Source of the DNA: Selaginella moellendorffii
Lineage: Eukaryota; Plantae; Lycopodiophyta
Reading direction: 5' to 3'
Length of the DNA: 64,000 nt
Assembly: GCF_000143415.4 (NCBI RefSeq)
Contig: NW_003314302.1
Span: 1,331,329-1,395,328, forward strand
Shown: in pieces, positions 1 through 13,020 of the stretch
Position numbering within the stretch: position 1 is the first letter of the stretch
Layout of the letters: every line of letters starts with the position of its first letter
Notes under the pieces: generated by a model
The model's database searches: none
Told to the model about the DNA's origin: nothing
Seen by the model: only the letters and a program-made list of their open reading frames with translations
Translations under genes and position numbers: made by a program

Positions 1-901
1 TCCACAGATCCAAATTGCGTCAACAGTCTCTCGCAGTACGCCAAGCCTCTATCGGACTTCCTCGGCAGTCTTCCACAGGGAGAAAAGGTTCCTGTACTCC
101 TCTTGCTTTGTTCGTTCTCAAGCTTTTCCTCTTCTTGGTTCGTGTGTAACTGCCATAGGTGATCTTGGTCGGCCATGACTTTGGAGGAGCATGCGTCTCT
201 CACGCGATGGAGTGGTATCCCAGCAAGATCTCGAAAGCCATCTTCGTTGCCGCTGCCATGCCGACAAACTCCCAGCGAGCCTTCGATGTCTTTGCAGTAG
301 AGGTACTACACATAAGGTTAGAACAGAGAAATTTTCTTTTGCTTACACCGAATTTCCCGAGAAGAAGTACTATAACGACGAACGATGCCTTCCCTTTTCT
401 CTCTTCTTGTCTGTTGCTGCAGCTCATGAGCCCGGCTGATCTACTCCTCCAGGCACAAATCTTCACGTACGCAAACGGGGAATCAAACGCACCCACGGCG
501 CTCGCTTTCGACAAGAGCGCTGTCAAAGAGCTCTTTTTCAACCGCAGTCCTGCAAAGGTACCTCTCCATCCAGCCTCTTATGTTAGAACCAAAAAGAAAA
601 TCTGGCTCTACTTAATTGCCTGCGTGTGTAGGACGTCGCTTTGGCATCGGTTTCCTTGCGGCCTATACCGTTTGCTCCCGTCCTTGAAAAGCTGGTTCTC
701 ACCCAAGACAAGTACGGCACGGTACGGCGCTTCTTCGTGGAGACCCCGGATGACAATGCCTTGACAAGCGCATTGCAACACCGCATTGTGGCCGGGAATC
801 CTCCGGAGCGCGTTTTCAAAGTGAAAGGCAGCGACCACTCGCCATTCTTTTCGAAGCCTCAGTCTCTCCACAGAGCACTCGTTGAGATAGCTCACAGCTA
901 G
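1..901 (+). CDS. Methylesterase (MES/SABP2 family) alpha/beta-hydrolase, 3' part; exons ~1-87, 159-302, 423-556, 631-901; MES11/13/15-like Asp-nucleophile type
   Basis: Spliced translation STDPNCVNSLSQYAKPLSDFLGSLPQGEK|VILVGHDFGGACVSHAMEWYPSKISKAIFVAAAM...RRFFVETPDDNAL...KGSDHSPFFSKPQSLH; GT-AG introns; the 5' end lies outside the window. Confidence 0.92.
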
Positions 902-988
902 TCTGGAAGAGAAGAGGACCAACTGAACAAAGTCAAGTAAAAAAATTCTCACTCTCTTTTTCTCTCTCGATCTACCGGAAGGATATCT

Positions 989-2753
989 CTATGCGGCTTC
1001 GGCTTTAGCTTCGCCAAAACAAAACTCGTACTTGTCACCCGATCCTTTGGCCGCTCCAAAGTTTTGCTCGATGTCGATGTCCACTTTGACGCCTAAGCTG
1101 GAGAGGGAGCCCAGCATCTTTACTAGCATGTCCCTCACGAAGCGCATGGAGCTCTGTCCAGAAGTTATCTTGTTGGTACACGAAAAAAACGAATGTCTAC
1201 TTTTGAGTACCTTTGCACTTTTCCTGGAGCCCGTGTGGCATGTAGCAAGCTTTACTGGCCACAATCTGACCATGCTTTTGATATACTTTCCCAAAACCTC
1301 CTCGTCCTGAGAAAAGTATTTCGAACAGGTGATTTTTTGACACTTGCACTGAGATTGTTTACCTTGCACTCTTCGTGTATAAGCTTCGCAGCGTCTTCTG
1401 GTTTGGCCTTGAGAAGAAGTGCCTGCGGAGCTGACAGTGTTGGCACACAGAAGGACGAAACAAGGCGCTTACTTTTGCTAAAGAGAAGGTACTCGATGGA
1501 GAAGGAGGTATCTTGTATTGTTCTCGATACTTTTGAATTTCCATGACATCTTTCGCTCTTCCTGCAGACGAAAATTTGTTTTTGACAATTAGGAATGCAG
1601 CTATTTTACCTGCATTTGCAGCACAGACGAGGCATATATCGTAGGTAGTAGGATGGAGTTGAACGTCGTTGAGATGGAACTCCCTTGCAACGTCGAGAAA
1701 TACCACTGCCCTTTTGGTTTTCATCCCTTGCCTGAGACGGAACCACACGTTAGAAGGAAAAGAAAGAAAGTCGGTTCCAAACTTTATAAACAGATGTGCT
1801 GAATCGGCATTTGGCCTCTGTGAGTTCTCACGCATGTGCCTCAGGATATCAAACGAAAGTCCAATATCAAACTTGTCGCTGGCGTATTCCTACACGAAAA
1901 CTTCGCTGTTAACCACGTATCAAACAAAAAACATGCTAGATACCAGCAACTTGTGCGACGCCTTAATGTCGGGAGTCAGGCCGAATCGATTGTACCTTGT
2001 GAAAACTCGTAACGCTGATAGAGCAAAAAAACGATGTCAGATACACTCCACATGAGAATATATTTCGCACTCACCGTACTTTGGCTCGTTTATTTGGGTG
2101 AATGCTTTCGCTACAAGCTCTGATATATCTGCGTTGAAGTTTCGGAAAACTTTGAGCTGCGCGGCCCTCTGTACTACAGAATTGTCAATAACCGTCAGAG
2201 AAATGATAAAAGAGAAGCACAATTCAGCTGAAAAGTGAGGAACTTACGAACTTATGAAGCCGCTCCAAGAGCTTGAGGCAGAGATTGATATCGGCTCGAG
2301 TTTTACACGCATGGAAGAGCTCGAAAAGATCAGCCTTTGAGAAAGTGTCTCCTTTCGACATCTGGAGCATCATTTTGTCATACATTTCTTGCACGGCCTC
2401 GGTAGCAGGATTTGGATCCGGGATAATCAAATCCTTCTCTGCAAAATCATAGTTAGTCACTCGGGGAACAGAGAAAAACATCTCGTAAGAACAAAAGAAA
2501 GATTCACAAAACCTTCGAATTTCGCGTATTTCTTCTTCCTCTCCTCGCGAGTCAAGGGAGCAGCGTCTTCTTTAGTCTTAGATCGCGTGCCTCCTGCGAT
2601 CGACGAGCAGAAAACGCGAACATTGCCTCGCGATCGCGGTATAAACAGCTTACCTGTAGCAGTAGCGAAATGCGCAGCAATGGAGCGAGCTGGGAGCAAT
2701 GGCGAGCGATCGCAGCGACGGACCAGAAGCCGCATTGCCTGGCGGAGCGCCAT
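989..2753 (-). CDS. Mitochondrion-targeted PPR-like protein, homologue of Arabidopsis At3g21465/At4g15640 (mitoribosomal mS83/rPPR10-like, often mis-annotated as adenylyl cyclase); about 9-10 short exons
   Basis: Arg-rich presequence MALRQAMRLLVRR. Exon peptides EMYDKMM..LFELFHACKTRADINLCLKLLERLHKF|RAAQLKVFRNFNADISELVAKAF..YNRFGLTPDIKASHKLL..FSLAK|ALLLKAKPEDAAKLI..MVRLWPVKL match the family pattern as I recall it. Confidence 0.72.
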
Positions 2754-2833
2754 CGAGGCCTCGCGCTAAAACCCTAAAATATTTTGGAGCTCTGGAAATT
2801 TTAGGGTTCTTCGTCGATTGTGTAGGCAGCGCC
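2754..2833. promoter_or_regulatory. 80-bp region between divergent start codons with two inverted telo-box-like motifs (probable bidirectional promoter)
   Basis: ATGs at 2753(-) and 2834(+); AAACCCTAA at 2769-2777; perfect 11-bp inverted pair AACCCTAAAAT (2770-2780) / ATTTTAGGGTT (2798-2808). Confidence 0.65.
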
Positions 2834-3821
2834 ATGGTTTTCAAGGGCGAGGTGGAATTCGACTTGGATCCGCCGGAGAACTTCGATCCGGCAGATCCAC
2901 ACGGCGACCCCATCGCATTCATCGAGATGCGCGACTGGATTGTAAGGGAGAAGTGGATTGGGGTTGAGCGGGCAAAGATTTTGCGGGAGAGGTTGAGGGC
3001 GTGCTACCAGCGCGAAGGCGTCAATCACCTCAAGAACTGCAGAAAATGGGCCGTGGCGTACCTCGATGCTGCCAAAAATGCTGGATGGGGCCGAAGATCG
3101 AATTTCAAAGCCACTGGTCCAACACTCCCAAAGGGATGGAAAGAGAAGGTATGCTATTTCTTCTTTGTTTGTTCTTCCTTGTGTTCTTCCATAGCAACAT
3201 TCTTTGTTCTAAAGCTTTGGAATTTTTTGTTCTTGCGTTTTGGTTTCTTCTTCTTTCTTCTAGAGCTTTGGATTTTTATTTCTTCTAAAGCTTTCGAAGT
3301 TTTCTTCTTCTTTGCTCTGGAGTTTGTCATTCGTTTTCGTGGTTGGAATGGATTTTTTTCTTCTTCTTCTTCTTCTTTTTGCGCGTCTTGCGTTTCTTCT
3401 AAAGCTTTTGGTTCGTGATTTTCTGAGCTTACCTTTCACTGTGATTCTTCTTAAGGTGGAATTGTTTGAGATTTTCACCTTTGTTGTTCTTGTGTTCTTT
3501 GTATCAACATTCTTTGTTCTAGAGCTTTGGAATTCTTTTCTCCTTCTTTGCTCTGGACTTTGTCATTCCTTTCGTGGTTGGCATGCATTAGAGTGGTTTT
3601 TTCTTCTGTCTGTATTTGTCATTCACTTTGATGGTTGGGATGGTTTGGATTGGTTTTCCTTCTTTTTTTTGGTGAGTCTTGAGTTTCTTCTAAAGCTTTG
3701 GGTTCGTGATTTTCTGAGCTAGCTTTCATTGTGATTCTTCGAATACTTTCGTTGAAGGTTGATTTCTTACATGCTGGTGCGCATCTCGCAGGAGGAAGAA
3801 AAGAAGATGGAGTATGCTTGA
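2834..3821 (+). CDS. NDUFB10: NADH:ubiquinone oxidoreductase subunit NDUFB10/PDSW; exons 2834-3148 and 3792-3821 (114 aa)
   Basis: FDPADPHGDPIAFIEMRDWIVREKWIGVERAKILRERLRACYQREGVNHLKNCR is the PDSW family motif; phase-0 intron GTATGC...CGCAG; last exon EEEKKMEYA*. Confidence 0.93.
3172..3745 (+). repeat. Degenerate ~300-bp tandem duplication (T/C-rich) inside the NDUFB10 intron
   Basis: CAACATTCTTTGTTCTA(A/G)AGCTTTGGAATT at ~3195 and ~3505; TTTCTTCTAAAGCTTT(T/G)GGTTCGTGATTTTCTGAGCT at ~3393 and ~3684. Confidence 0.75.
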
Positions 3822-3917
3822 CACTTTCTGTGCAACAAATAATCACAACTGTGATCGTACGTGCTCCATTCAATCAGACCTTTGATCTCTCATTTTCTAT
3901 AGATGTTTCGAAAGGAA

Positions 3918-6386
3918 TCAGTTTGTATACACATTGGACATCAACGCAAACACCGAAGAATCACTCTCATCAACACACTTGCAACTCGCCACCAATCCTT
4001 GCTCGACATCGCTGTGAACTCTGCTCGCTCCCAGCAGCGTCTTCCACCCCACAACGCTGGGCTCGATCGGCATGCTACCGATCAAATCGCCCGCCTCCTC
4101 CATCGTCCCGGATCGCCCAAGCAAATCAACCACGCAGCAGTAGTGATCCATCTGGGGTGTGATCCCATAGTCACTTTGCATCGACACGAAGAGGTTCCAA
4201 GCTTCTTGGAGCATCCCCGCGTGGCTACACGCGAACAGATTCGAGAGGAAAGTAACCTCGTTTGAGGCGTAGCCGTGGAGTTCCATGGCTCTCGTGAGAT
4301 CGCCCGCCACCTCAGCATGCCCATTCTGCGCATATGCCGTGATGAGAGCGTTCCAGGAGATATACGACTTGGTCAATATGGCGTTGAACGCTCGGTGGGC
4401 GGTCAAAACGCTACCGCACCGGCCGTACATGTTGACCAGCGACGTCCCCAGCTCCGTGTGCTCCTGGAGGAGCCCGGACTCGTTGGCCGCCGCGTGGACC
4501 AGCAGAGCCTCGGCGACAGCACCGTTGACCGCCGCGGCATCGATAATTGCGAGGAATGTGATCTTGTTGGGTTCCTGGCCCTCGAGATCCATCAAAGGGA
4601 GCATCTTTACAGCGTCTTCCGCATGCCCATTAGCGGTAAATGCAGAGATTAAAGCGTTGCAGCTTACTGCGTTTCTCTTGGGCATTTTTACAAAGAGCTG
4701 TTTAGCTTGATCTAAATGACCGCTTTGCCCGTACGCTACTACCATAGTGTTGCTGGCCATTTGGTCCCATAAGGGCATCCTGCCGTACAGGTTCTCGGCT
4801 TGGTCAAGATGCCCATTGTGGGCAAGTGTGCCAACGATGGCGGTCCACGTAATCACGTCGTGCTCCAGCGTGGCATCGAATATCCGCTTGGCCTCGTGGG
4901 CACATCCCATCCGTCCGTATGCGGTGATCATGGCCGTCACGGACACCACGTCAGGGCGCGCCAGGGATTCGAAAATGTCCCTGGCATATTCCAGTCTCTC
5001 GCAATTGGTGTAGAGCTTGATGAGAACATTGGCTATGGCGGTGAAGAACCCTAGCTCCGCGGCGGCCAGGGCGTGGAGCTTCCGGCCTTCGTGGAGATCA
5101 GGCGCGGCGGCGCAGGCGTCGATGATGGCCACCAAGGTGATTTGATTCACCGTCTCGCCATGGAGCAGCATTGTCTTGAAGAGGACGAGCGATTCGTGGA
5201 GGTTCCCGGCTTGCGCGTAGCCGGCGATCATCGTGTTCCAGGAGATCGTGTTCCTGTGCCACGACATTCGGTGGAAGAGCTCTCGCATTCGATCGATCTC
5301 TCCGGGATGGTGGGAGTAGGCCGCGAGCATCGAATTCACAGACACGCTATCGTAGGCGGGCATCGCATCGAAGAATTTCTTGGGCTCTGCCAGATCCCTG
5401 CCCGCCATCGCCGAGATCATCGCGTTCCAGGAGACGACGCTTCTCCAGGGCATGCGATCGAAGAGCTCCATCGCGCTGGCGAGATCGCCACTCCGCAAGA
5501 GCAGCACCAGCATCGTCGTCCACGAGACCGCATTGGGCGATGGAATTCGATCGAAGATCCTCTTGGCCTCGGCGGTGGCGCCGCATCGCCCAAAGAGATT
5601 TAGCAGCGCGGTGGCGGGGATCACATCGATCTCATAGCCATACGGCGCCATCAGGCACTGGATCATCCGGATCGTCGCCAAGCTCAAGGATCTAATCGAA
5701 GAACACGCGTGGAGAAGGCTCACGAAGCTCACCTTGTTGGGCTGGAAGCCCTCGAGATCCATAGCCCGGAAGAGCTCGAGCGCTTCTTCTCCGCGATCGT
5801 TCTTGGCAAATGCTGCGAGCATCGAATTCCAAGAGACAAGATCCCTCTCTCGATTCTTCCAGAACAGCTCAAGCGCTAGATCGAGTCGCGCGTTTTGTCC
5901 ATAGGCTGCGATCATGATATTCGTGGACACAGTATCCGGCCATGGCATCGCCCTAAAGATGGTTTGAGCTTCCAGCAAATGCCCGTTGTGGGCAAATGCT
6001 GCGAGGAGCAAATTCCACGAGTAAGATGTCGGCTGGGCGATGCGATCAAACGCGGATCTAGCATCCTGGGCGGCGCCACATCTCCCATACATCTGGATGA
6101 GAAAATTCCCCACCAGCGCGTCGCGATCGAGGCCATTCTTCGTGATTGCGTCGTGAATTCGCCGCCCATCGCCCAATGCGCGCGCGTCCCGGCAATCCTT
6201 GATCGCGGCGATGCAGTGGGCGCTGGAATCCAAGCAGCGGGGCGCTTCATCCGCGATCCAGCGCCGGGACTGGGCGATCCAATTGACGCAGCAGCGATGT
6301 GGCCTCGATCGCGGGCTTCCTCGCATAAAAGGATCGATCAAGGAAGAATAGGTTTTGGAACTTCTTCCATCACCTCCTCGAATCAC
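3918..6386 (-). CDS. Intronless PLS-class pentatricopeptide repeat protein with E domain and no DYW (organellar RNA-editing factor type); first ATG at 6326
   Basis: Repeated VSWNxM(I/L)xxY / NxLIxMYGRCG motifs; C-terminal HYCCVVDLLGRSG...MPIEPSVVGWKTLLGASRVH...FALMSNVY. Confidence 0.93.
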   Translation of the reverse strand: MIRGGDGRSSKTYSSLIDPFMRGSPRSRPHRCCVNWIAQSRRWIADEAPRCLDSSAHCIAAIKDCRDARALGDGRRIHDAITKNGLDRDALVGNFLIQMYGRCGAAQDARSAFDRIAQPTSYSWNLLLAAFAHNGHLLEAQTIFRAMPWPDTVSTNIMIAAYGQNARLDLALELFWKNRERDLVSWNSMLAAFAKNDRGEEALELFRAMDLEGFQPNKVSFVSLLHACSSIRSLSLATIRMIQCLMAPYGYEIDVIPATALLNLFGRCGATAEAKRIFDRIPSPNAVSWTTMLVLLLRSGDLASAMELFDRMPWRSVVSWNAMISAMAGRDLAEPKKFFDAMPAYDSVSVNSMLAAYSHHPGEIDRMRELFHRMSWHRNTISWNTMIAGYAQAGNLHESLVLFKTMLLHGETVNQITLVAIIDACAAAPDLHEGRKLHALAAAELGFFTAIANVLIKLYTNCERLEYARDIFESLARPDVVSVTAMITAYGRMGCAHEAKRIFDATLEHDVITWTAIVGTLAHNGHLDQAENLYGRMPLWDQMASNTMVVAYGQSGHLDQAKQLFVKMPKRNAVSCNALISAFTANGHAEDAVKMLPLMDLEGQEPNKITFLAIIDAAAVNGAVAEALLVHAAANESGLLQEHTELGTSLVNMYGRCGSVLTAHRAFNAILTKSYISWNALITAYAQNGHAEVAGDLTRAMELHGYASNEVTFLSNLFACSHAGMLQEAWNLFVSMQSDYGITPQMDHYCCVVDLLGRSGTMEEAGDLIGSMPIEPSVVGWKTLLGASRVHSDVEQGLVASCKCVDESDSSVFALMSNVYTN

Positions 6387-6508
6387 TGCCTTGATCGCAG
6401 CGGTGGACGCTGGATTCTAAGCGCGGCGCTACTAGAGCATGTTCTTCCGTCTCAAATCGTCATAATTCTTGCTTTTATTAAACTCGTGAAAACAATATAA
6501 GTTGCTAC

Positions 6509-6944
6509 TCAATCGAGATAAGCTCTTATGTAGTAATGTTCCTCCACATTTCCCGAAACCCAGTCCCAAGAACCACCACTCCGCCTCTCGTTCTGGAAGC
6601 ATTGGCTGATAATGTTGTGGAAAGCATCTTACAAAACACATAATTAAGAAAATTTCAATGTAAAAACTATCATACCCAGCAGTATCGTCTGTTGGTACCA
6701 TGGTAATGCGCTTGAATTTTTCTTTCGAGGGGACCCGGCCTGGAAGGACTTGAAGCAGGCATAATCTCTTGTAACATCACCCCCGGTTACAAATATCTGC
6801 AGCTGCGACCTCAATTTGAGCTGCTGTGAAGTATTGCACAGAGCTTTGCTGCGCGATCAGGCAAGTTGCAGCTTGGATTGCTTCCATATGCAGGGAGGTG
6901 AGAAGAATTGAGAAGAGAACAATGCAAAAGATCTTGCAAGCCAT
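6509..6944 (-). pseudogene. Frameshifted small secreted Cys-rich protein gene (two exons)
   Basis: Signal peptide MACKIFCIVLFSILLTSLHMEAIQA. The frame stops after ICNRG at a G-run. Other frames continue GDVTRDYACFKSF / YHGTNRRYCW and, after an intron-like segment, DAFHNIISQCFQNERRSGGSWDW...YYIRAYLD*. Confidence 0.45.
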
Positions 6945-9359
6945 TGCCAAAGAGATATTGCTATACATGAACTGAACGTCTTATTGTATATGTACACTCA
7001 GGGCTTGTCTGTTCACGGCACGTAAGCGTGGGAAGTCAAAACACGACTAGTACAGAACGTAAAGTTGACAAAGCCAAGTCTACCTAGAATATACTTGTAT
7101 ATTCCACCAGGAAGAATAGGATAAGCAACAGTTTTTCAGCAATTGCTTTGAATCCTCATTGACACATGCACTACAGAAACCTGCCTACATATCATACCTT
7201 CACTAGATTTATTTTCTGCAACATCAAGACCATTGCCAAAGTCCCTTGCTAAGGGATCATCCATCAAGTACTTCTTACATTGGCCGCAAGGAAACTCCTT
7301 CCGTGCTTCATTGCATGATTTTAAGAGAACTTTATTCTAAGACAAATCTTATCTATTAAAGAATCAGCCCCGTAGATAATAACTTTCAGATCCATAATGC
7401 AAATCAACTCAGTACTTGTTGTTGAATATAGTGAATCACCTTAAGCACATAGACCTATTGTACCAAGTTGGGACACATGAGCTCTATGCATTCACTGCCA
7501 CAAGTTTACACATAATACTGTCATATATATAGTTAGAATTTAAATAACTTAATTTAATCTAAGCTTTAGGCAAAATTAATTCCAAGTTGCTTGTGGGATT
7601 AATGTTGAAGTACATTCTTTGGGATCTTAAACTTGGACCACTGTTGTTTCCATGGAACAAATCCAGCCTCACCACATTCATCCTCTCGTTGAGCCAATTC
7701 CTCCTGTCAATCTGGACGTAAATCCTCTCCAGAGCTAATAGTAAACAGAAAATGCTTCACTTATCAAATGCATGTACAAGCTATTCCATACTAATATTCC
7801 ATGTTCCTGCTGTTGCTTTCATCACCTTACCACCCTCTCTTGCTGTTCTAACACTCCTCCTAGATCTAATAATCATCTTTAGATTGCATCACATCTTTGG
7901 TATTGAAGGAAACTCCCCCTAGGTGGTAAGTTTGAGTTTATACTACAATTGTTCAAGTTGTTGAACCATGATTGTTGTCTTTATCAGAAGATCTTTTGTT
8001 ATGTTTTACATTGAGATGTACTTTATTTTGATCTCCTAGCAATAGTGTATCTATTTATAAATATAAATTTCAAAATATTTAAAACACTTCTTCAATTAAA
8101 CTTAACTATAATATTTGATGGGTGCCAAATAAGCACTTCCATAAAAAATCTAACTTCACCACATATATATTTTCCTTATATTACTAAAAAACTTATAATT
8201 AAGATGAAAGTTTTATATTTTATCATCATACATCTTTGGAAATAAGAATTTTAGAGATAACTATTTACTCTTTAAATTTAATTGAGATATTTAATCAGTT
8301 TATTCATATTATATAGTAATGTTTTACAACTGTAAATTATAAATTTATTCCTTAAAGCTTAAACAAATTTATTATAAATTTATTTAGAAAGGTAAGTCTG
8401 ATAAACTTATTTGCACAAACTAAAACAAAAATTTAAATTTTTTATGATAACACAAAACTTACATTCAATAATTTAAAAGATTTTATGGTATGGTAAAGGG
8501 TGATGATCTTATACAGAAATATAGTTTTAATTTCTAACTATAATAAAAGAGATATAAAAACATTTAATACAAAATTCCTAAATAATTCTTATACATAATT
8601 TATTTTTCAAGAAAATAGTTAATTTTACTTATGGAAAAAGCATAAACTAATAATAATAATAATAATTTACTAAATTTAATTTTTAATAATGTTTTTTAAA
8701 TATATTTCATAAATTTCATAAAATAATTAAATAATTGAAATTGTTTTTACATAAAAATACCTTCCTTAGGATGATATATCATTTCTTTTCCTTTGCAAAT
8801 TAAATATGATTAATATTCTCCTTTGCAATTGGTTACATATGAAATTAGGCAAATCTATATTAATCATAAAAGATTATTCTAAACCATAGTAACCCTTTTA
8901 GAAATCAAAAGTGATTATTATCTAAATAATTTTCCATTAAAACTTGTAAATATTTTTTTAATATTAATTATATATATGAATAAATATTTTGATCTTGATT
9001 AAATTTATTATTGTTAGGGGCTTTCTTTTGATAGATAAACGTCTAGGAAAAGACATTCACAAAATTCAGTATTTAGTAAAGTATTAGGATGTTTAGTTTT
9101 TTCTCTCTCCAATTCTCAATCCTATTCATTCATTCTCATTTTTTCTAGATGTTGTATTAAATTAAACTTGGAAAAATCCATTTAAAATAAAAAATCAATA
9201 GTGATAGATATTATTGATGCACTCCAAAGTGATAACCTTAACAAGGTTGTCTATAAGACTATTTAGACACCATGATTAATATAACACAATTGTGATATAG
9301 TTTTTTGGTGTTGATCATCAGAAAGTTAATTACCTTTTCTAGCTATACATTCTATATAT

Positions 9360-10200
9360 GGATACTTTTTTCTTAATTGAGTTAAAGCAATACAAGCAAT
9401 GCATTGTAACAATATTTGGTATTTTAACATTCTTATTCAGAGTGGATTCTCTTAAATAATGGTCTAACATTTATGGCTGAGGCATTTTATGTTTAGGGAT
9501 ATAGTACAATTTCACAAATGATTATCATCTGGTGGTTTGGTGGAAAAATTAGTTTAGACTTTAAAAAGAATGATTAAGAAGTATGTACTTTTAGTATTTG
9601 GATTGAGATAGTTATTTGTTATCTCTTTGGTATGTATATATTGCAAAGATATAGAGTTCTATTGGTGCTTAAATTTTTATATGGTCATAGTCCAATTTTA
9701 CTAATGGAGTTTAATTTACTTTTGCAGTTGCCATAAATTATTAATGCTAGGTTCCTAGAATTAATATTTAAAAATCATTCTTTCATTGGATCAAGTGAAA
9801 TTTATTAAATACTTGGGCATATACAAGTGGGAGAACAGCAACACTATAACTCTTGTTATCATTTAATATATTGTTTTTCTAAAGGGCTTCTTGCTTAAAA
9901 AAAGACCATATTAAGTGTTATATCAAGTTGGACTATAAATTTATAAATGTTTAACATGTTGATCCTCTTGAAATTGTATATGTGATATGGCTAAAGTGTT
10001 TCACATAAAAAGATTAGGAACATGCACCATCTATAGAGCCATTAATACCTCTTCCTAATGTTCTTTTAGATTCTGGCCTATCAACTAAAGAACTAAATTT
10101 TTTTCCATCCTTTCAAGAGGAGGGAATGATATGAGGTTCAACTATAATGTCATATGTGGGTTTTTTTGGCTAATTTAATATGCACATTTTTTTATTCCAT
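9360..10200 (+). mobile_element. Highly decayed integrase-to-3'LTR fragment of the same Ty3/Gypsy family as 21223-26438
   Basis: ttcttattcagagtggattctcttaaataatggtc...ttatggctgaggcattt aligns by eye to 44681-44745; PPT caagaggagggaatga followed by tatgagg (LTR start) at ~10114-10140. Confidence 0.75.
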
Positions 10201-10315
10201 GCACTCACATCAGTTATTGAATATATTATTTTTTATTTATTAGTTTTTTATTCTTAAAATAATTCAGAAAAAAAAGCAAACCAATATTCATACATTTATA
10301 TGGCCCAATGGCTGA

Positions 10316-12183
<1,868 letters not shown>

Positions 12184-12779
12184 CGTATTCTATCGATCTT
12201 TTCTCGTTCCTCAGCGACCCTCTATATTCAGTCGAAATATATCCATTGTCCTCAGCTGCCAGTCCAGCGTCAAACTTTCAAATCTTACTGCAAATTGTGG
12301 GTTTGAGGCTTTCAATGTTTCGTGGATTGCCCAGTTCCCCCGCTGATCTTTTTGCAAGTCAATTTGATGATCTTCTAGCTAGAAACTCGCTGTCAGATTG
12401 ACTAAGGTTTAGATTTATCGTTTTTCTATGGGAAAAGAAAAAGGGAAACGCAAATAACAAAGCACTGTAATAAATGGCGTGATGTGATGGAAGTGGCCAA
12501 TCATGATCAAGTGAGGCTGTAGCATGTGTGTGACAGTGGGAAGAGAAAGCGAAACGTTTTCCTGGGCGGGAGTTCTCAAGAAAGAGATAGCACAGTTCTT
12601 CAAGCACTTAGCAGTGGAACTTTCTACTGGTTTGTTGGGAAGGATTACCACATTTGCATTGTGGTAGCAAAGCATGGTGAGGATCATCACCGCCAGCTCA
12701 GGTGAGAGGACTGTTGGGCTTTCTCCGTCAAGTTCTTAAGCTAACTCATGATGGATATAATTCAGTTGGCAAAACTATT

Positions 12780-13020
12780 AATGACATAGAGGGCGATGTT
12801 TTTTTTGGGAGGGGGAATTTTCAGGTGGGGCCCCTAAACACATAAAAATAATCTCTAAAAATATCCAAGAATCTCTCTACAGCTAGATTTTTCTTGTCTT
12901 TTATAGGTAATAATGCATTGGGATAATTTATTTTGGGGGAAGGGGGGACCTAGGCCCCTCCCCCCAAAATTCCAATGCCATGGTCCCCCCTTCCCCCAAA
13001 TTCCAATGCCATGTCACTGA
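12780..13020. repeat. MITE-like G/C-tract element with an internal hairpin, upstream of the P450
   Basis: Perfect 19-bp inverted repeat TTTGGGGGAAGGGGGGACC (12932-12950) / GGTCCCCCCTTCCCCCAAA (12982-13000); direct repeat CCCCCAAA(A)TTCCAATGCCATG; outer ends TGACAT...ATGTCA. Confidence 0.5.

Noticed and set aside
989-2753. Adenylyl cyclase annotation for the mS83-like gene
   Set aside because: No cyclase domain is visible; helical repeats and a mitochondrial presequence fit a PPR-like ribosomal protein
3149-3791. Phe/Leu-rich membrane-like ORFs (tail of 2699-3418, 3312-3722)
   Set aside because: Translations of the T-rich duplicated NDUFB10 intron
4082-6500. Many overlapping or antisense ORFs over the PPR gene (likewise over PDV2 and the PUT gene)
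   Set aside because: Shadow ORFs of GC-rich coding sequence with no recognisable motifs
7080-7960. Coding-like relic on the minus strand
   Set aside because: Multiple stops and no identifiable family
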